This document shows, piece after piece, positions 52,231 to 64,000 of a stretch of 64,000 nucleotides of DNA. The notes below the pieces were generated by a model that was not told the origin of the DNA, did no database searches, and saw nothing but the letters and a program-made list of their open reading frames with translations. The stretch lies in contig CM075990.1 in assembly GCA_038087875.1 (NCBI GenBank), forward strand, positions 13,578,001 through 13,642,000, written 5' to 3'. The first letter of the stretch is position 1. Every line of letters starts with the position of its first letter. A program made the translations under genes and the position numbers. The stretch comes from Malacoraja senta. Its lineage: Eukaryota.

Positions 52231-52882
52231 AGGGCCTGTCCCACTTGGCCGTCATTTACGCGACAGGCCGGTAGTAACTGACGCGCGACGGTCGCGCGCG
52301 TCATCATGCGTCCGCACAGCCGTCTGGAGCGCGTGACGTCATTTGAAGATAGACACAAAATGCAGGAGTAACTCAGCGGGACCGGCAGCATCTCTGGAGA
52401 GAAGGAATGGATGATGTTTCGGGTCGAGATTTTTCTTCAGTCTGAAAAAGGGTCTCGACCCGAAACATCACCCATTGCTTCTCTTCAGAGATGTTGCTGG
52501 TCCCGCTGAGTTACTCCAGCATTTTGTGTCTATCTCTAATCGTCTTGGCCCCGCTCTGGGAGTAGGAGTGGGGGCGGATCCGGATCCGCAACGGCCGTGA
52601 GCCCCAGGCCCAGTTCGGCGATCGTTTGCCTGCTTCTGCTGCTGTTGGAGGTGAGACGTTGCGCCGCGCCAGGGTCTTGGGCCTGTCCCACTTTGGCTGT
52701 CAGTTACGCGACAGGCTGGTGGCGTGCGAAGATTTCGTGCAGGAACAAGTCCACACTCCTCCACGCCACTCCACACTCCTCCACACCACTCCATGCGCCC
52801 GTCCCGTGCTACCCACGTGCTACCCACACGCTAGCAGGTCGTGTAAATGGCGCGCGAATGGCAGCCAAGTGGGACAGGCCCT
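52231..52882. mobile_element. PIF/Harbinger-type MITE carrying a nested Penelope-derived fold-back (about 52346-52534)
   Basis: TIR agggcctgtcccacttgg / ccaagtgggacaggccct, TAA TSD (52228-52230 / 52883-52885), extra internal TIR copy at 52679. Confidence 0.85.
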
Positions 52883-54195
52883 TAAGTCGTTGGACTAGAG
52901 TCAGGATTTGACTGGGTGGAGTTTTATATTTTTAACTGAGTAAACAGATTATTAGTCTATTGTCACAGTTCGTATACACAGTATTGCATGTTCAATATAC
53001 AATATACTGTGTTGTATAAGTTCACAGAGTAAATAGTCTACATACAGTGCAGTAATCATAACTAAAATGATATGCGCAAAACTTTTTACAAAACGGCCAT
53101 TTTGACTCTGAATGCTTAATGCAAAAAGCCTGCACTTCATGCAGTGGTAAAGTTAATGATACACTTTTCAAGGTTATGGCATGCATTGATAAGCAGTTGT
53201 CCAGCTGAGTAATCAACAGACTGTAGTGGATAGGTTAATGAAAGCCCAAGAAGAGAGAGGCATTGACCGCCAATGTATGTAATGATACTCTATCATCAGC
53301 CATTTAAATCAGAGGTAATAGGACTGAACCATTTTACTCTTCGAGCATGTGTCACCGTTCAGTGTGATCATGACTGTTTTATAATCTATCTCCATATTCT
53401 TGCCTGTGCCACATATTCCTTTGTTCTGTAAAAATCTCAGTCTCAAATGTAAGGTTCACAATTGGACTGTCATTAACTGCAATTGGCAAATAAATTTGCA
53501 AACTTTTACACTCATGGAAGAGTCTTTAACCTGAAATACTAACCGGTTTTCTTTTCACACACACAAGCTGGATGACCCACTGAGTTTTTCCAGCATTTTC
53601 TGTAATTATTTCAGTTTTCCAGTATCCAAATTATGGGTCTGACATGAATTTACAGCCTATATTTTGGTGGAATTAGTTTGAGTATATTGGCCAAATTAAG
53701 GTTACAGTTCAAACTGAATGGTTCATATTCAGTTATAGAATCAAAGATATTGTGACATGGAAGAAAGAAGAGACTATTTAGCCAATCTATTTGTGTTCTC
53801 TGCTTTATTCTTTTGTTTATTCATCTTTGGGGGAATCTGGGTGTTGCCTGCAAGAACATTGTTTATTGCACCCACTTTTCATCCCAACAAAGTAATAGAT
53901 TTGCTTTCATAGAACCGTGGATTATTTTATTCAAAATCCACATGCTAAAGCTGTGTACAAAGTTGTGGCCGGATAAAATAATATTTCAAATTATCTCTTG
54001 TTGTTTTGACAATAATTCGGAGTAGTTTAGGAAGTCGTGGTTTTAAAGCACTAGAATTCAGTGCTTGGGAATTCAGTCTTGTTCACTAACACAACACACT
54101 CATGAAGATGCAACGACATGATCAATTTGAAATTCATTTCAATATTTTCAATGGAATCAAATTTTGGAAGTGGTCTATAATATGTAGCCACCATT

Positions 54196-54530
54196 AGAGT
54201 CATAGAGTGATACAATGTGGAAACAGGGCCTTCGGCCCAACTTGCCCACACCGTCCAACATGTCCCAGCTACACTAGTCCCACCTGCCCACGTTTGGTCC
54301 ATATCCCTCCAAACCTGTCCTATCCATGTACCTGTCTAACTGTTTCTTAAATGTTGGGATAGTCCCAGCCTCAACTACCTCCTCTGGCAGCTTGTTGAAA
54401 CACCCACCACCCTTTGTGTGAAAAAGTTACCCCTCAGATATTTAATATTTTCCCCTTCACCTCAAACCTATGTCCTCAGTTCACCTATTCTGGGCAAGAG
54501 GCTCTGTGCATCTACCTGATCTATTCCTCA
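54196..54530 (-). mobile_element. CR1 3' end
   Basis: agagtcatagag tail and cctcaactacctcctctggcagc, i.e. the reverse of the WNxLPEEVVEA region. Confidence 0.8.
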
Positions 54531-55924
54531 TTATATAGTCCAATTAGCGTTTATGACCAAAGGTTCATTTCCTTTCTGTCTTCAGAGAAGGATAGAATCG
54601 TTACAGAGTAGAGAAACAAGGAACTGCAGATGCTGGTTCGGAATTGTTTAAAAAAAATTGTTACAGCACGGAAGGTCACCATTCAGCCTGCTGAGTTTGT
54701 GTAAGAGCAATGCAGTCTGCTCCTCTCCCCCTCCTCTTTCTTCTCCACGGCTCAATAAATTATTTCCTTTCAGATATTTGACCTACTCCCCTTTAAATGT
54801 TACAATTGGATCACTCCTGCCTCTGGTGGTGCCGTCAAGGCCTTACTATTTGCTCTTTAGATGAGTTTCACCTCATGCCATTTCTGATTCTTTATGCCAA
54901 AAATCCTCATTTTATCTCAATAATAGTAATTCATTAAGTCTGTGATTTTCCATGGCTGTGAATGTGAAAGACAACAAACAAAGGTAAGTTAATTATTCTT
55001 GTCCTTTCTTACATTGTATAACATGTGTCTGGCAGTCAAATACAGTCTGAGCGTTTCCCTGCTCCTGTTCATAAAACTCGCCATACCCTCCTTTATCTGA
55101 GAATGAATATTCCTCGTCCATGTTCAGATTTTAGCAGCAAGAGATTCCAGACAGATAGTGTCATTATGGCTGATATTTTGTGAAGAATTTATGATATCAT
55201 TAACTCGGGGTTAAAGGTTAGAGAAGATATGGCCTGCCTGTGACACTGTTGAGATAACGTAAGTGGTTCACCTTTTTTTAATCTGAGCGCGAGAAGTGAT
55301 TGAATTAATATTTCAGTTAGCAAGGAAGTAACAAATCAGTAACCATCTGTAAACTGAAGACATTACCCAATGTTTAAAAATCAAATGCAAAGTACAGAGC
55401 AAAAACTGCAAACCCACAGATTGATTTAGCCTTTGTACAATGTCGTGTTTGCTCTGAACAATGTCCTTCAATGCTGATGGATGGATGAAGTCCATGAACA
55501 AACTTAAATCTGCCCTAAAGATCTGACAGGAGTATCTCTGCCTGCTGAAGATAAATTACATGCAACATTTTTTGACAGAGGTGTTCTCTTTCACTTTTGA
55601 ATCTAGCCCAGCTCAAAATGATTGAAATTCCAGCTCTAGCTGAAGTCCTTAGCACATCGGCAAATCGGAGACGTCTGCAGCATTTGATTAAAGTAAATAG
55701 CCTCCGCCATATTGTGCATTTGTTGTATGCAACCGAGATTGAATTTCCACTCCTTCAATTTTGTAAACATGATCCTCAGCCAAATAAGTGGATATTAATC
55801 TTATAAACACTCAACTGACTTTGGATCTGTGACTATGTAGCCAGTGTGTTTCACATGTCCAGGTCTTCTGAAAGGTTTCAGAGATTTTGCTGAACACATA
55901 CACTTGGTCCACCAAGGACTACTG

Positions 55925-56478
55925 GATCTCCCAGTTGCTGACCACTTTAACATCCCCCTCCTAGTCTCATGCTGACATTTCTCTCCTGGGTCTCCTCCAT
56001 TGTTACGGTGAGGCCACAAGCAAATTGGAGGGACAGCACATCATATTTCACTTGGCTAGCTCACAACCCAACGTAAACGTTGAATTCTCCAGTTTCAGGT
56101 AACTTGTATAAACGTATCCCATCCCCTCCCCTCCCTCTGCTCCTCCCCCTCCTCCTCCCCACCTTCTACCTTCACTCCATTAAAAGTTTGTCAACCATTT
56201 CCAGTTTGCAACAATGGATCCCTCTTGGGCCCACACCATCTCTAGCCATCAATTGGTCTATCAAGGAACATCCTTGTCTGAGACCAATTCTGCCGCCCCC
56301 GATTTGTCCTGTTTTTTTTTGTGCCTCGCTTCCAGTTAGCTTCGGCCCCTTCACCCCTCCCTACTACAATCCATCAAAAGAAGGGTCCCAGGGTCCCGAC
56401 CTGAAACATCACCTGCCCATTTTCTCCAGAGATGCTGCCTGATCTGCTGAGATACTCCCGCATTTTGTTTCTATCTTC
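55925..56478 (+). mobile_element. Penelope-like element 3' end: GIY-YIG C-terminus plus terminal repeat
   Basis: PVADHFN...SHADISLLGLLHCYGEATSKLEGQHIIFHLASSQP, then a C-rich spacer, then aagaaggg...gaaacatcacc...ctccagagatgctgcc. Confidence 0.75.
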
Positions 56479-56749
56479 TGTGAAAAAAAAATTCCCTGGG
56501 TTCGATTTTAATCAATTTATTTTCAGCTCTTCTAATGCTTCTTTGTAAGTTTAGCTCAGCTCATAGTCTTTGGGACTAGCAAACTAAAGATCCTTTGGCA
56601 CCATTTGAAGAAGAGCTGAAAGATATGCGAGTGCCCAAGCAAGATTCTTCAAAGAAAAACCATGAGGTAACCTAATAATAATAATCCAATACATCAGCGA
56701 GACCAAGCCTAGAGTTTTGCTAAACACTTGCCCTTGGTCTGCCAAGGCC

Positions 56750-56930
56750 TACTGGATCTCCCTATTGCTAACCATTTTAACTCTTCTTCCCATTCCCATA
56801 CTGTATTTTCTGTCCTGAGCCTCCACCATTGCCAGAGTAAGGCCACACACACACTGTAGGAATAACACCTCATATTCTACTTGGGAAGCTTACAACCCAA
56901 TGGTTTGAATATTGAATTCTCTAATTTTTG
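56750..56930 (+). mobile_element. Second Penelope GIY-YIG C-terminal fragment
   Basis: LPIANHFNSSSHSH...HLIFYLGSLQPNGLNIEFSNF, with in-frame stops. Confidence 0.7.
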
Positions 56931-58723
56931 GTGACTACCAACCTCCCTTTCACTTTCTCCCCACACGCTGTCTCAAAGTGCCTCACCTGGACTTGCTTCT
57001 ATTTCTCCCCCCTCCCCCCCCTCCTTATGAAGTGTGATGTTGTATTTGTCTCAGGTAGACAAAAATGCTGGAGAAACTCAGCGGGTGAGGCAGAATCTGT
57101 ATTTGTCTCAGTAATCTCCTCCGATGATTAAAAAAAAAATCTGCTTTAGTTGCAGTACTTGAGGAAGGCAGTATGGCAAAGAACTCAATATGGACCCATG
57201 TACAAAATTCTACCAACGTTGCAGGTTGAACACATCAGGACAGAAATTACACATAAATGGCAGAGATCATTCTGTTGTTACAACTTGGTGACTAGTTTTG
57301 TCAGCTCGTTTGGTTGTGTTAAGGTGTCATGATCCTGAGTTTTGCTTTAAGTTTCCTGTGGGCATTTTATCTGCACAGCTCATTTGCTTTTGTTTTGCCA
57401 AATGCTTCTAGCAAGAGAAATCTTCCCCTTTTCCTGTGCTTACTTAAGAAGTTGGAAAGGAAGTTTAATCTTAAATTGGGTAAAATAGAAATACTTAACT
57501 TTTGAGAATTAATTGGCAGCTAATCACAGATACTTCACCCAATTAAATTTAGTTTAGTAATGGTCACCTTGTAGTCTACACAGCTGCGCGAAAAGGCAAA
57601 GAAAAATGTTCCAGAGAATGTATCGAATATCCACCTGACTTGCATTAGCTGCTCTGGTGCCTGCACAAAACTCCCAATTGGGCCCAGCTGCCTTCTGATG
57701 TCACTGGGTCTGATGGAGAATTCCCTGTACATCATCCGGAATATGGAGAGACGCATGCAAGGGAGAATTCAACAACGCAATTTAAAGAGACAGGTACACC
57801 GTCTTTACTAAAAGGCTTTCAATCAGTTGTCACAAGAAGAAAAAAAATTGATTTGCCTGTGGGAGATATGCAATTTAGAAGCAGTTAGCACTTTGAATTG
57901 GAATATTTGCACTCAAGGCATTGTAACTGCAACAAGAAGTGAATATTACAAGAGAATTTAAGGTAGACAACCTTTCTCAATGCACTTGTCGGGTTTGAAT
58001 GGGACTTAGAAAACCAGAAGAACTTGTGAATCTTACAAATAATCTCCTGCCAACTGCAAAGATTGAGAATGCATTCATTGATATATGATCTTATCACTTA
58101 AAAAATCTCAAGTTGAGCACACAATTTAATTATACAACATTATAATATAGACAATCTGCATTCTACAAGCAAGGAGATGAATGACCTGCTCATCCATCTT
58201 GGTCTGTTTCTGGGCTGTGGATGTTATTTGGGAAATCAGAATGACAGCCTGCAGTTAGCCTGAAGCTATTAACAAGGTAGGTGATTACACATCATTACAT
58301 GAATTTACATTCCAGAAAAAAACACTCCATCCATTTCAGTCTATATGCTCCACATATGTTTGCTCCCATCCTGATTTTAAAGACTTTCATAGCTCCCAAT
58401 TGTTGAGGAGCAATGTTGTCCTTTTGGGGAACTCTGGATTTTGACAACCTAAACGTGGAGAAATACAGGTGATTCAGTGATTCAGTGATTCCATGTGATA
58501 AAGATCAAGAAACTGTACCATTTAAAGCTTGGGGAAACCCATAACAATAGTATAAAGCTATGACCACAAGGGTGGAAGGTTTTATTTTGGCAGATGCTAA
58601 TTTAGAAACAAATGTTTACACTTATGGCACAAGTGGAACAGAGTAATTCCAAGTGTCTGCAGACTTGAGGAGGTTAATATACTTTGTAGCGGCACCAAAC
58701 GTGGTGAATAAACAAATGCTTAA

Positions 58724-59765
58724 AGGGCCTGTCCCACGGGCATGCGACTCCATGCGGCAAGCGCGACCTAACCGCAAGCGGGGGCCGCGCGGAGGTCGAG
58801 TGATCCCCGTACAGGGCCGGTCCCACCAGCATGCGGCTGCATAGATACATAGATACATAGAAAATAGGTGCAGGAGTAGGCCATTCGGCCCTTTGAGCCT
58901 GCACCGCCATTCAATATGATCATGGCTGATCATCCAACTCAGTATCCCGTACCTGCCTTCTCTCCATACCCCCTGATCCCCTTAGCCACAAGGGCCACAT
59001 CTAACTCCCTCTTAAATATAGCCAATGAACTGGCCTCAACTACCCTCTGTGGCAGAGAGTTCCAGAGATTCACCACTCTCTGTGTGAAAAAGTTTTTCCT
59101 CATCTCGGTCTTAAAGGATTTCCCCCTTATCCTTAAGCTGTGACCCCTTGTCCTGGACTTCCCCAACATCGGGAACAATCTTCCTGCATCTAGCCTGTCC
59201 AACCCCATAAGAATTTTGTACGTTTCTATAAGATCCCCTCTCAATCTCCTAAATTCTAGCGAGTCTAAGCCAAGTCTATCCAGTCTTTCTTCATATGAAA
59301 GTCCTGACATCCCAGGAATCAGTCTGGTGAACCTTCTCTGCACTCCCTCTATGGCTATAATGTCCTTCATTATAGGTAAGCGCTACCAAATCAGAAGCGA
59401 GTGACGTCAAGACGGTGCGTACGGCGGCGAGGCGGTGCGCACGGCCTCAATGCGGCTGCGTCCGGCGTCGAGGCAGTGCGCAGGGCCTCGAGGCGGCTGC
59501 GTCCAGCGTCGAGGTGGTGCGCAGGGCCTCGAGGCGGTGCGCACGGCCTCGATGCGGCTGCGGGGCAGCAGGCCGTTGCCGCACGGAATTTTTGAACAGT
59601 GTCAGTTTTTCGGAGCCCCGCGCGATGTCGGGACCAGCTCCGCACAACTCCATACGGCTCCGGCGATCGAAGTGGGACCGGCCCTGGGACCTCCGCGCGG
59701 CACCCGCACGGCCCCCGCTTGGTCGCGCTTGCCGCGTGGAGTCGCATGCCCGTGGGACAGGCCCT
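58724..59765. mobile_element. GC-rich Harbinger-type MITE with a nested CR1
   Basis: About 45-bp near-perfect TIR agggcctgtcccacgggcatgcgactccaYgcggcaagcgcgacc, flanked by TAA / TTA. Confidence 0.85.
58840..59369 (-). mobile_element. Young 5'-truncated CR1 LINE
   Basis: ORF 58939-59370 is nearly identical to the 21057-21776 copy. Confidence 0.93.
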
Positions 59766-59854
59766 TTATTCAGTGAGATTATAGGTTTGAAATACAGTTT
59801 TGTCCTCTAACTCGGGTGAGATATGCTTATGTAGCAGGAGACTCCCTTCACCCA

Positions 59855-59868
59855 TGACGTCACGTGAC
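59855..59868. promoter_or_regulatory. Overlapping perfect CRE (TGACGTCA) and CLEAR/E-box (GTCACGTGAC)
   Basis: The sequence tgacgtcacgtgac is present; function is untested. Confidence 0.3.
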
Positions 59869-61201
59869 ATCCCTCGTAACCATTGACGAGGGTTCGACCG
59901 CAAGTGGTCTGACTATCAGCTGACGCCACAACTTAGAAATTTGCAAATGGACACAAAATGCTGGAGTAACTCAGCAGGACAGGCAGCATCTCTGGACAGC
60001 AGGAACGGGTGATGTTTCTAGTCGAGACCCTTCTTCAGACTGGTGAATTTGCAGCATTGGATAGTACATATATCTCAGCTCAATAAAGGGTCAACTATTT
60101 CACTTTGCATCCACCAACAATAGAACACTGAAAATACAAATCTGTCAAAGATTTCAATCCCACATGTAATGTACAAGCATTTGAAACTGTATTGCCTTTA
60201 TTAGAGCTCACACTTTTTGGATGTTGTACTCTTTCCTTGACCCCTGTTCCTCTTATAATCAGTGTCTACCTTGCACTGGTAACTAATGACATGAGCACAA
60301 AATTATCTTTTCACATCCAGATACTGTATTCCAGGCAGCATATTATTTCAGTTTTGTTAATCACTGAGAATACGTTCTTTCCTTCTTGTTCCTATTAAAT
60401 GCATATTTAACATCCATCAGTATGGTGACTAAAGTTCCCTGTTAATCAGAAGAAAAAACTTCGGAGGTGAAATAACTCTATACAATAGAAGTAAATAATG
60501 TATTAAATCAAAGCTTGATTCAATTAGGTTTGATTATGTTCAATCATGTAATTGCACAGGGAATGGTGAATGCAGGATAATTATGGAAAAATCGCTCTCC
60601 GCTGTAGAGCGACAATTGAACCAGCTGCTGGGAAACAAAAGTAAATAGGAGTTTGCAAGTGCTTTAGTAAAAGGAGTTGCTTTTTTGGGGGGTTATAGAA
60701 CATAGAACAGTACAGCTCAAGAATAGGCCCTTTGGCCCATGATGTTTATGCCGAACATGATGCCAAGACCAACTCTTATCTGCCTGCATGTAATGCATAT
60801 CCATCCATATCCTGCATATCCATGTGTCTATTCAAAAGTATCTTAAATGCCACTCCTGTATCTGCTTCCACCACCTATCCCTGCAGCGCATTCCAGGCAC
60901 TCGCCAAACTCTGTGTAAAAAGCAAACTTCCCCCGCAACATCTTCTTTAAAATGTCCTGCACAATGTCGTGTTTTGCTTGCAGTCATCTTCTTTTCACTG
61001 TCTTGTGGAATTTATGTGGTTTATGTATAATTTATGTTTTATAGTGTAGCCTGTGCCTACGATGCTGCTGCACACAAGACTTTAACTGGACCCTGTACCT
61101 CGTCATATTCGTGCATTTGACAATAAACTCAACTTAACTTTATAGGATCCAAATTATATGACCAAAGGAGCAGGAATGAGGCAGAGCAGTTGCCTTTACC
61201 T

Positions 61202-61372
61202 GTGTAGGAAGGAACAGCAGATGCTGGTTTAAACTTAAGGTAGACTCAAAATGCTGTAGGGACAGACAGCATCTCTGGAGAGAAGGAATGGGTGACCTTT
61301 TTTTTGTGTCGAAGGGTCTTGATCTGAATCGTCACCCGTTCCTTCTCTCCAGAGATACTGCCTGTCCCGTTG
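61202..61372. mobile_element. Fold-back Penelope-derived insertion
   Basis: Inverted arms, 14-bp duplication agttgcctttacct (61188-61201 / 61373-61386). Confidence 0.8.
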
Positions 61373-62666
61373 AGTTGCCTTTACCTTACTATTACAAACT
61401 AACTGCACATAATGCAGGTTTTGCTGGAATAATCTGCACCTTTATTAGAACTAACATGTAATTGTTTTGCAACCCTCCCAAAAAAATGCAATTGCAAAAT
61501 GCAACATAGATTTGCAATATTGTATGACTTTATTTTTCTAGATTATGGTTACTGATGCAGTCAGGGTTTTGAAACCATTCTTCCCATGATACCCATTGAT
61601 AATTATATTCAAATAACAGAGCAGCTGGGGTCTGGAGCCATTTGCAGGGAAGTCCTCAGAAGTAGCCATCCTATTAGAAAGCTGAAATTTGTCAATCAGC
61701 ACCCTGTTATAGAGGATATAATGAAATGGATGCTTTTCAGGCTGTTGTGACTTGCTTTGGAAATGCTGATGGTTGGTGGTGAAATGTTCTGTGATTGATG
61801 ATGGTTTCTGGCCTTAACAGCAGCTGGTGACCATGTGCTGTTCTCACCCTCTCCAGCACTTACTGGAACACACAAGTTTAGAAAACTAACCTTCATCGCA
61901 GCAGAGTGCACGAACCTGTCAATCCACCTTTCACTCACATTAATAAATATTCAACTCTACAACATGCATTAAGAATATTAATTCTCTATTGTACTTTGCC
62001 CAGATCAAAGACAACACTTTTCTTTTCAATCAGTAATGGATTCCTCAACCAAATAACTTGGTGGGCAGAGATTTGGCCCACCCTGGATGAGGGATATTAA
62101 GAAACCTCTGCTTGAATTTATTCCGGACTGCATCCAAACACAAATACAATTTATTGTGAAGACTGTGAATGGGATAGGTTTGGAATTGCTCAAATATCAG
62201 ACAGTTAATACAGCGACACAACTTTTGCCTCTGTGCGGAATTATGCTGCGAAGGTTTACAGTAACTCTGGGGAAAGTACAGGGAAGGTGAACATTTTTAC
62301 AACTCTCTCAAAGAGCTGGTCTGGGGGCAAGATGCTGACGCCACCAGCTACACTGCAATTCTGCAGTGACATTATTCAACGCAGGTGAACAGGCATTGTT
62401 ATGGCTATTACTTGACCAGCCCAGCCCATGTTGGACACTAAAAGCAAATAGTGGGTCTTTCATGTTTCCCTAATCAACAAGAGGTAGTGGTCAAATATTT
62501 TGGCATCTCTAGCAATACTCCACTCCCATGGGATTGTATTGTAGTGTCAGCGCACACTCAGTTTTTGAAGTAGGGCTTCAAACAATTGGCCACACAGATA
62601 TCATAAATGAATACATTCACACAGGGAAAGTGAGTGAATCAGTTCATTCAGCTTGCTTTGAATTAT

Positions 62667-63025
62667 AGACACAAAATGCTGGAGTAACTCAGCGGGACAG
62701 GCAGCATCTCTGGAGAGAAGGAATGGGTGACGTTTCGGGTCGAGACCGTTCTTCAAACTGAGAGTCAGGGGAGAGAGAAACTAGAGACATGGAAGGGTAA
62801 GGTGTGAAAACGAGAGATCAAAGGGGATGGAGAACCAAGGAAAATGTAGAATGGATCATCGTTAGCTGAAGGGAAGGTGACAATGAGGCATACAATCAGT
62901 AAAATGTAATCAGGAGGACAGTGAAACTAGTCAGAGAACTAGGATGGGGCAGGGATGGAGAGAGGGAAAGCAAGGGTTACTTGCTTGAAGTTAGAGAAGT
63001 CAACATTCATACTGCTGGGTTGTAA
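62667..63025 (-). mobile_element. Penelope-like element 3' end (ORF terminus, spacer, terminal repeat)
   Basis: Minus strand LQPSSMNVDFSNFK, then a spacer, then the repeat arm; 12-bp TSD gctttgaattat (62655-62666 / 63026-63037). Confidence 0.8.
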
Positions 63026-63699
63026 GCTTTGAATTATGTTATGGTCCTTTGTAGATGGAATACCTCCTACAATATTTTAAGGGGGCATTTCTGCAGGAGG
63101 AATGAAAATCTGTACCAATCCACCTATTTCTACATCTTTTGTTATGGCGTTTGTTTGGAAGATATTTAAACACTGTTGCACAGTAGAGTTTAAGAACATT
63201 TTGGTTTAAATTATGTAATTGAACCTGTAAACTGTGTGTTAAAATGATTGACCTTAAATTCCTGCAATGCTTAGATACATGACACATGAGAGCCTTGTTG
63301 CTTTTCTTTTCCTGCGGTTGAGATAATAGGGTTTACCTTGGAAACGTTTGTATTGATTAAAGCTAAGATCTATGATGAAAAGAAGATCTATTTATCCTAA
63401 TGGTTATAAAAGTCCAAAACAGTTTGGACAGTTTTACAAGGAGAATCTGGTGAATTACTCTTGGCAATAGTTGCCTTTGAGACCAGTATTATTGTAAGAT
63501 ATTGGATATTATTCAGTCAGTGTCTGCTTCCCATTCTTAATAATGTCCTTAATGTTAGCCTACACACACAATATATTGTATATGTAAAAAAAAAATGTAC
63601 TCAGTGCCTTTTGCAGCCCTTCCAGGATGTCCCAAAGTGCTATACAGACAGTGGATTCTCATTTCATGTGCAGTCACTGTGTTATTATAGTTTAAGGTA

Positions 63700-64000
63700 T
63701 AGATCAAATAATGAAGGGCCTAGATAGAGTGGATGTGGAGAGGATGTTTCCAGTAATGGAAGAGTACCTTAGAATGAAGATGAGCAGGATTTGTTTTTGC
63801 CAGAGGGTGGTGAATCTGTGGAATTCATTGCCACGGATGGCTATGAAGGTCGACATTGGGTAGTTGTATAGCAAAGATTGCTTGGTTCTTGATTAATAAA
63901 TGTGTCATGGGGTATGGGGAGAGGCAGGAGAATGGGGTCGAGAGGGAAAGATAGATCAGCTATGATCAAATGACAGAGCAGACTCGATGGGCTGAATGGC
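63700..64000 (+). mobile_element. CR1 3' end, running off the window
   Basis: cagagggtggtgaatctgtggaattcattgcc...gatgggctgaatggc. Confidence 0.8.

Noticed and set aside
59391-59810. Stack of overlapping GC-rich ORFs (also 52468-52911)
   Set aside because: Stop-poor GC-rich MITE interior with tandem repeats, and no recognisable protein.

Overview
Eukaryotic, AT-rich, CpG-poor, repeat-dense vertebrate DNA. The repeat families (V-domain tRNA-SINE, Deu-domain SINE, CR1 with (TCTATGTT)n tails, Penelope remnants) point to a cartilaginous fish, probably a skate or ray; this is an inference. The only host gene I can support is a + strand HGSNAT-family gene (lysosomal heparan-alpha-glucosaminide N-acetyltransferase). 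Seven consecutive GT-AG exons between 29812 and 49997 splice into one open 718-nt frame, equivalent to human exons 8-14. I found no flanking exons inside the window, so the gene extends past both ends. Nearly all ORFs in the supplied track are retroelement fragments or noise. Notable non-coding structure: (i) about 20 short Penelope-derived insertions, many of them fold-backs, with variable 12-16 bp target duplications, a one-sided ~35-nt tail and a hammerhead-ribozyme-like core; (ii) PIF/Harbinger-type MITEs sharing one TIR and TWA targets but with different GC-rich interiors; (iii) a TTCGG array with 15-bp periodicity; (iv) a hairpin next to a 28-bp sequence repeated 1.2 kb away; (v) a perfect CLEAR box overlapping a perfect CRE inside this lysosomal gene. 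There is one 130-N assembly gap. Exon and TSD coordinates were counted by hand; boundaries of old repeats are approximate.
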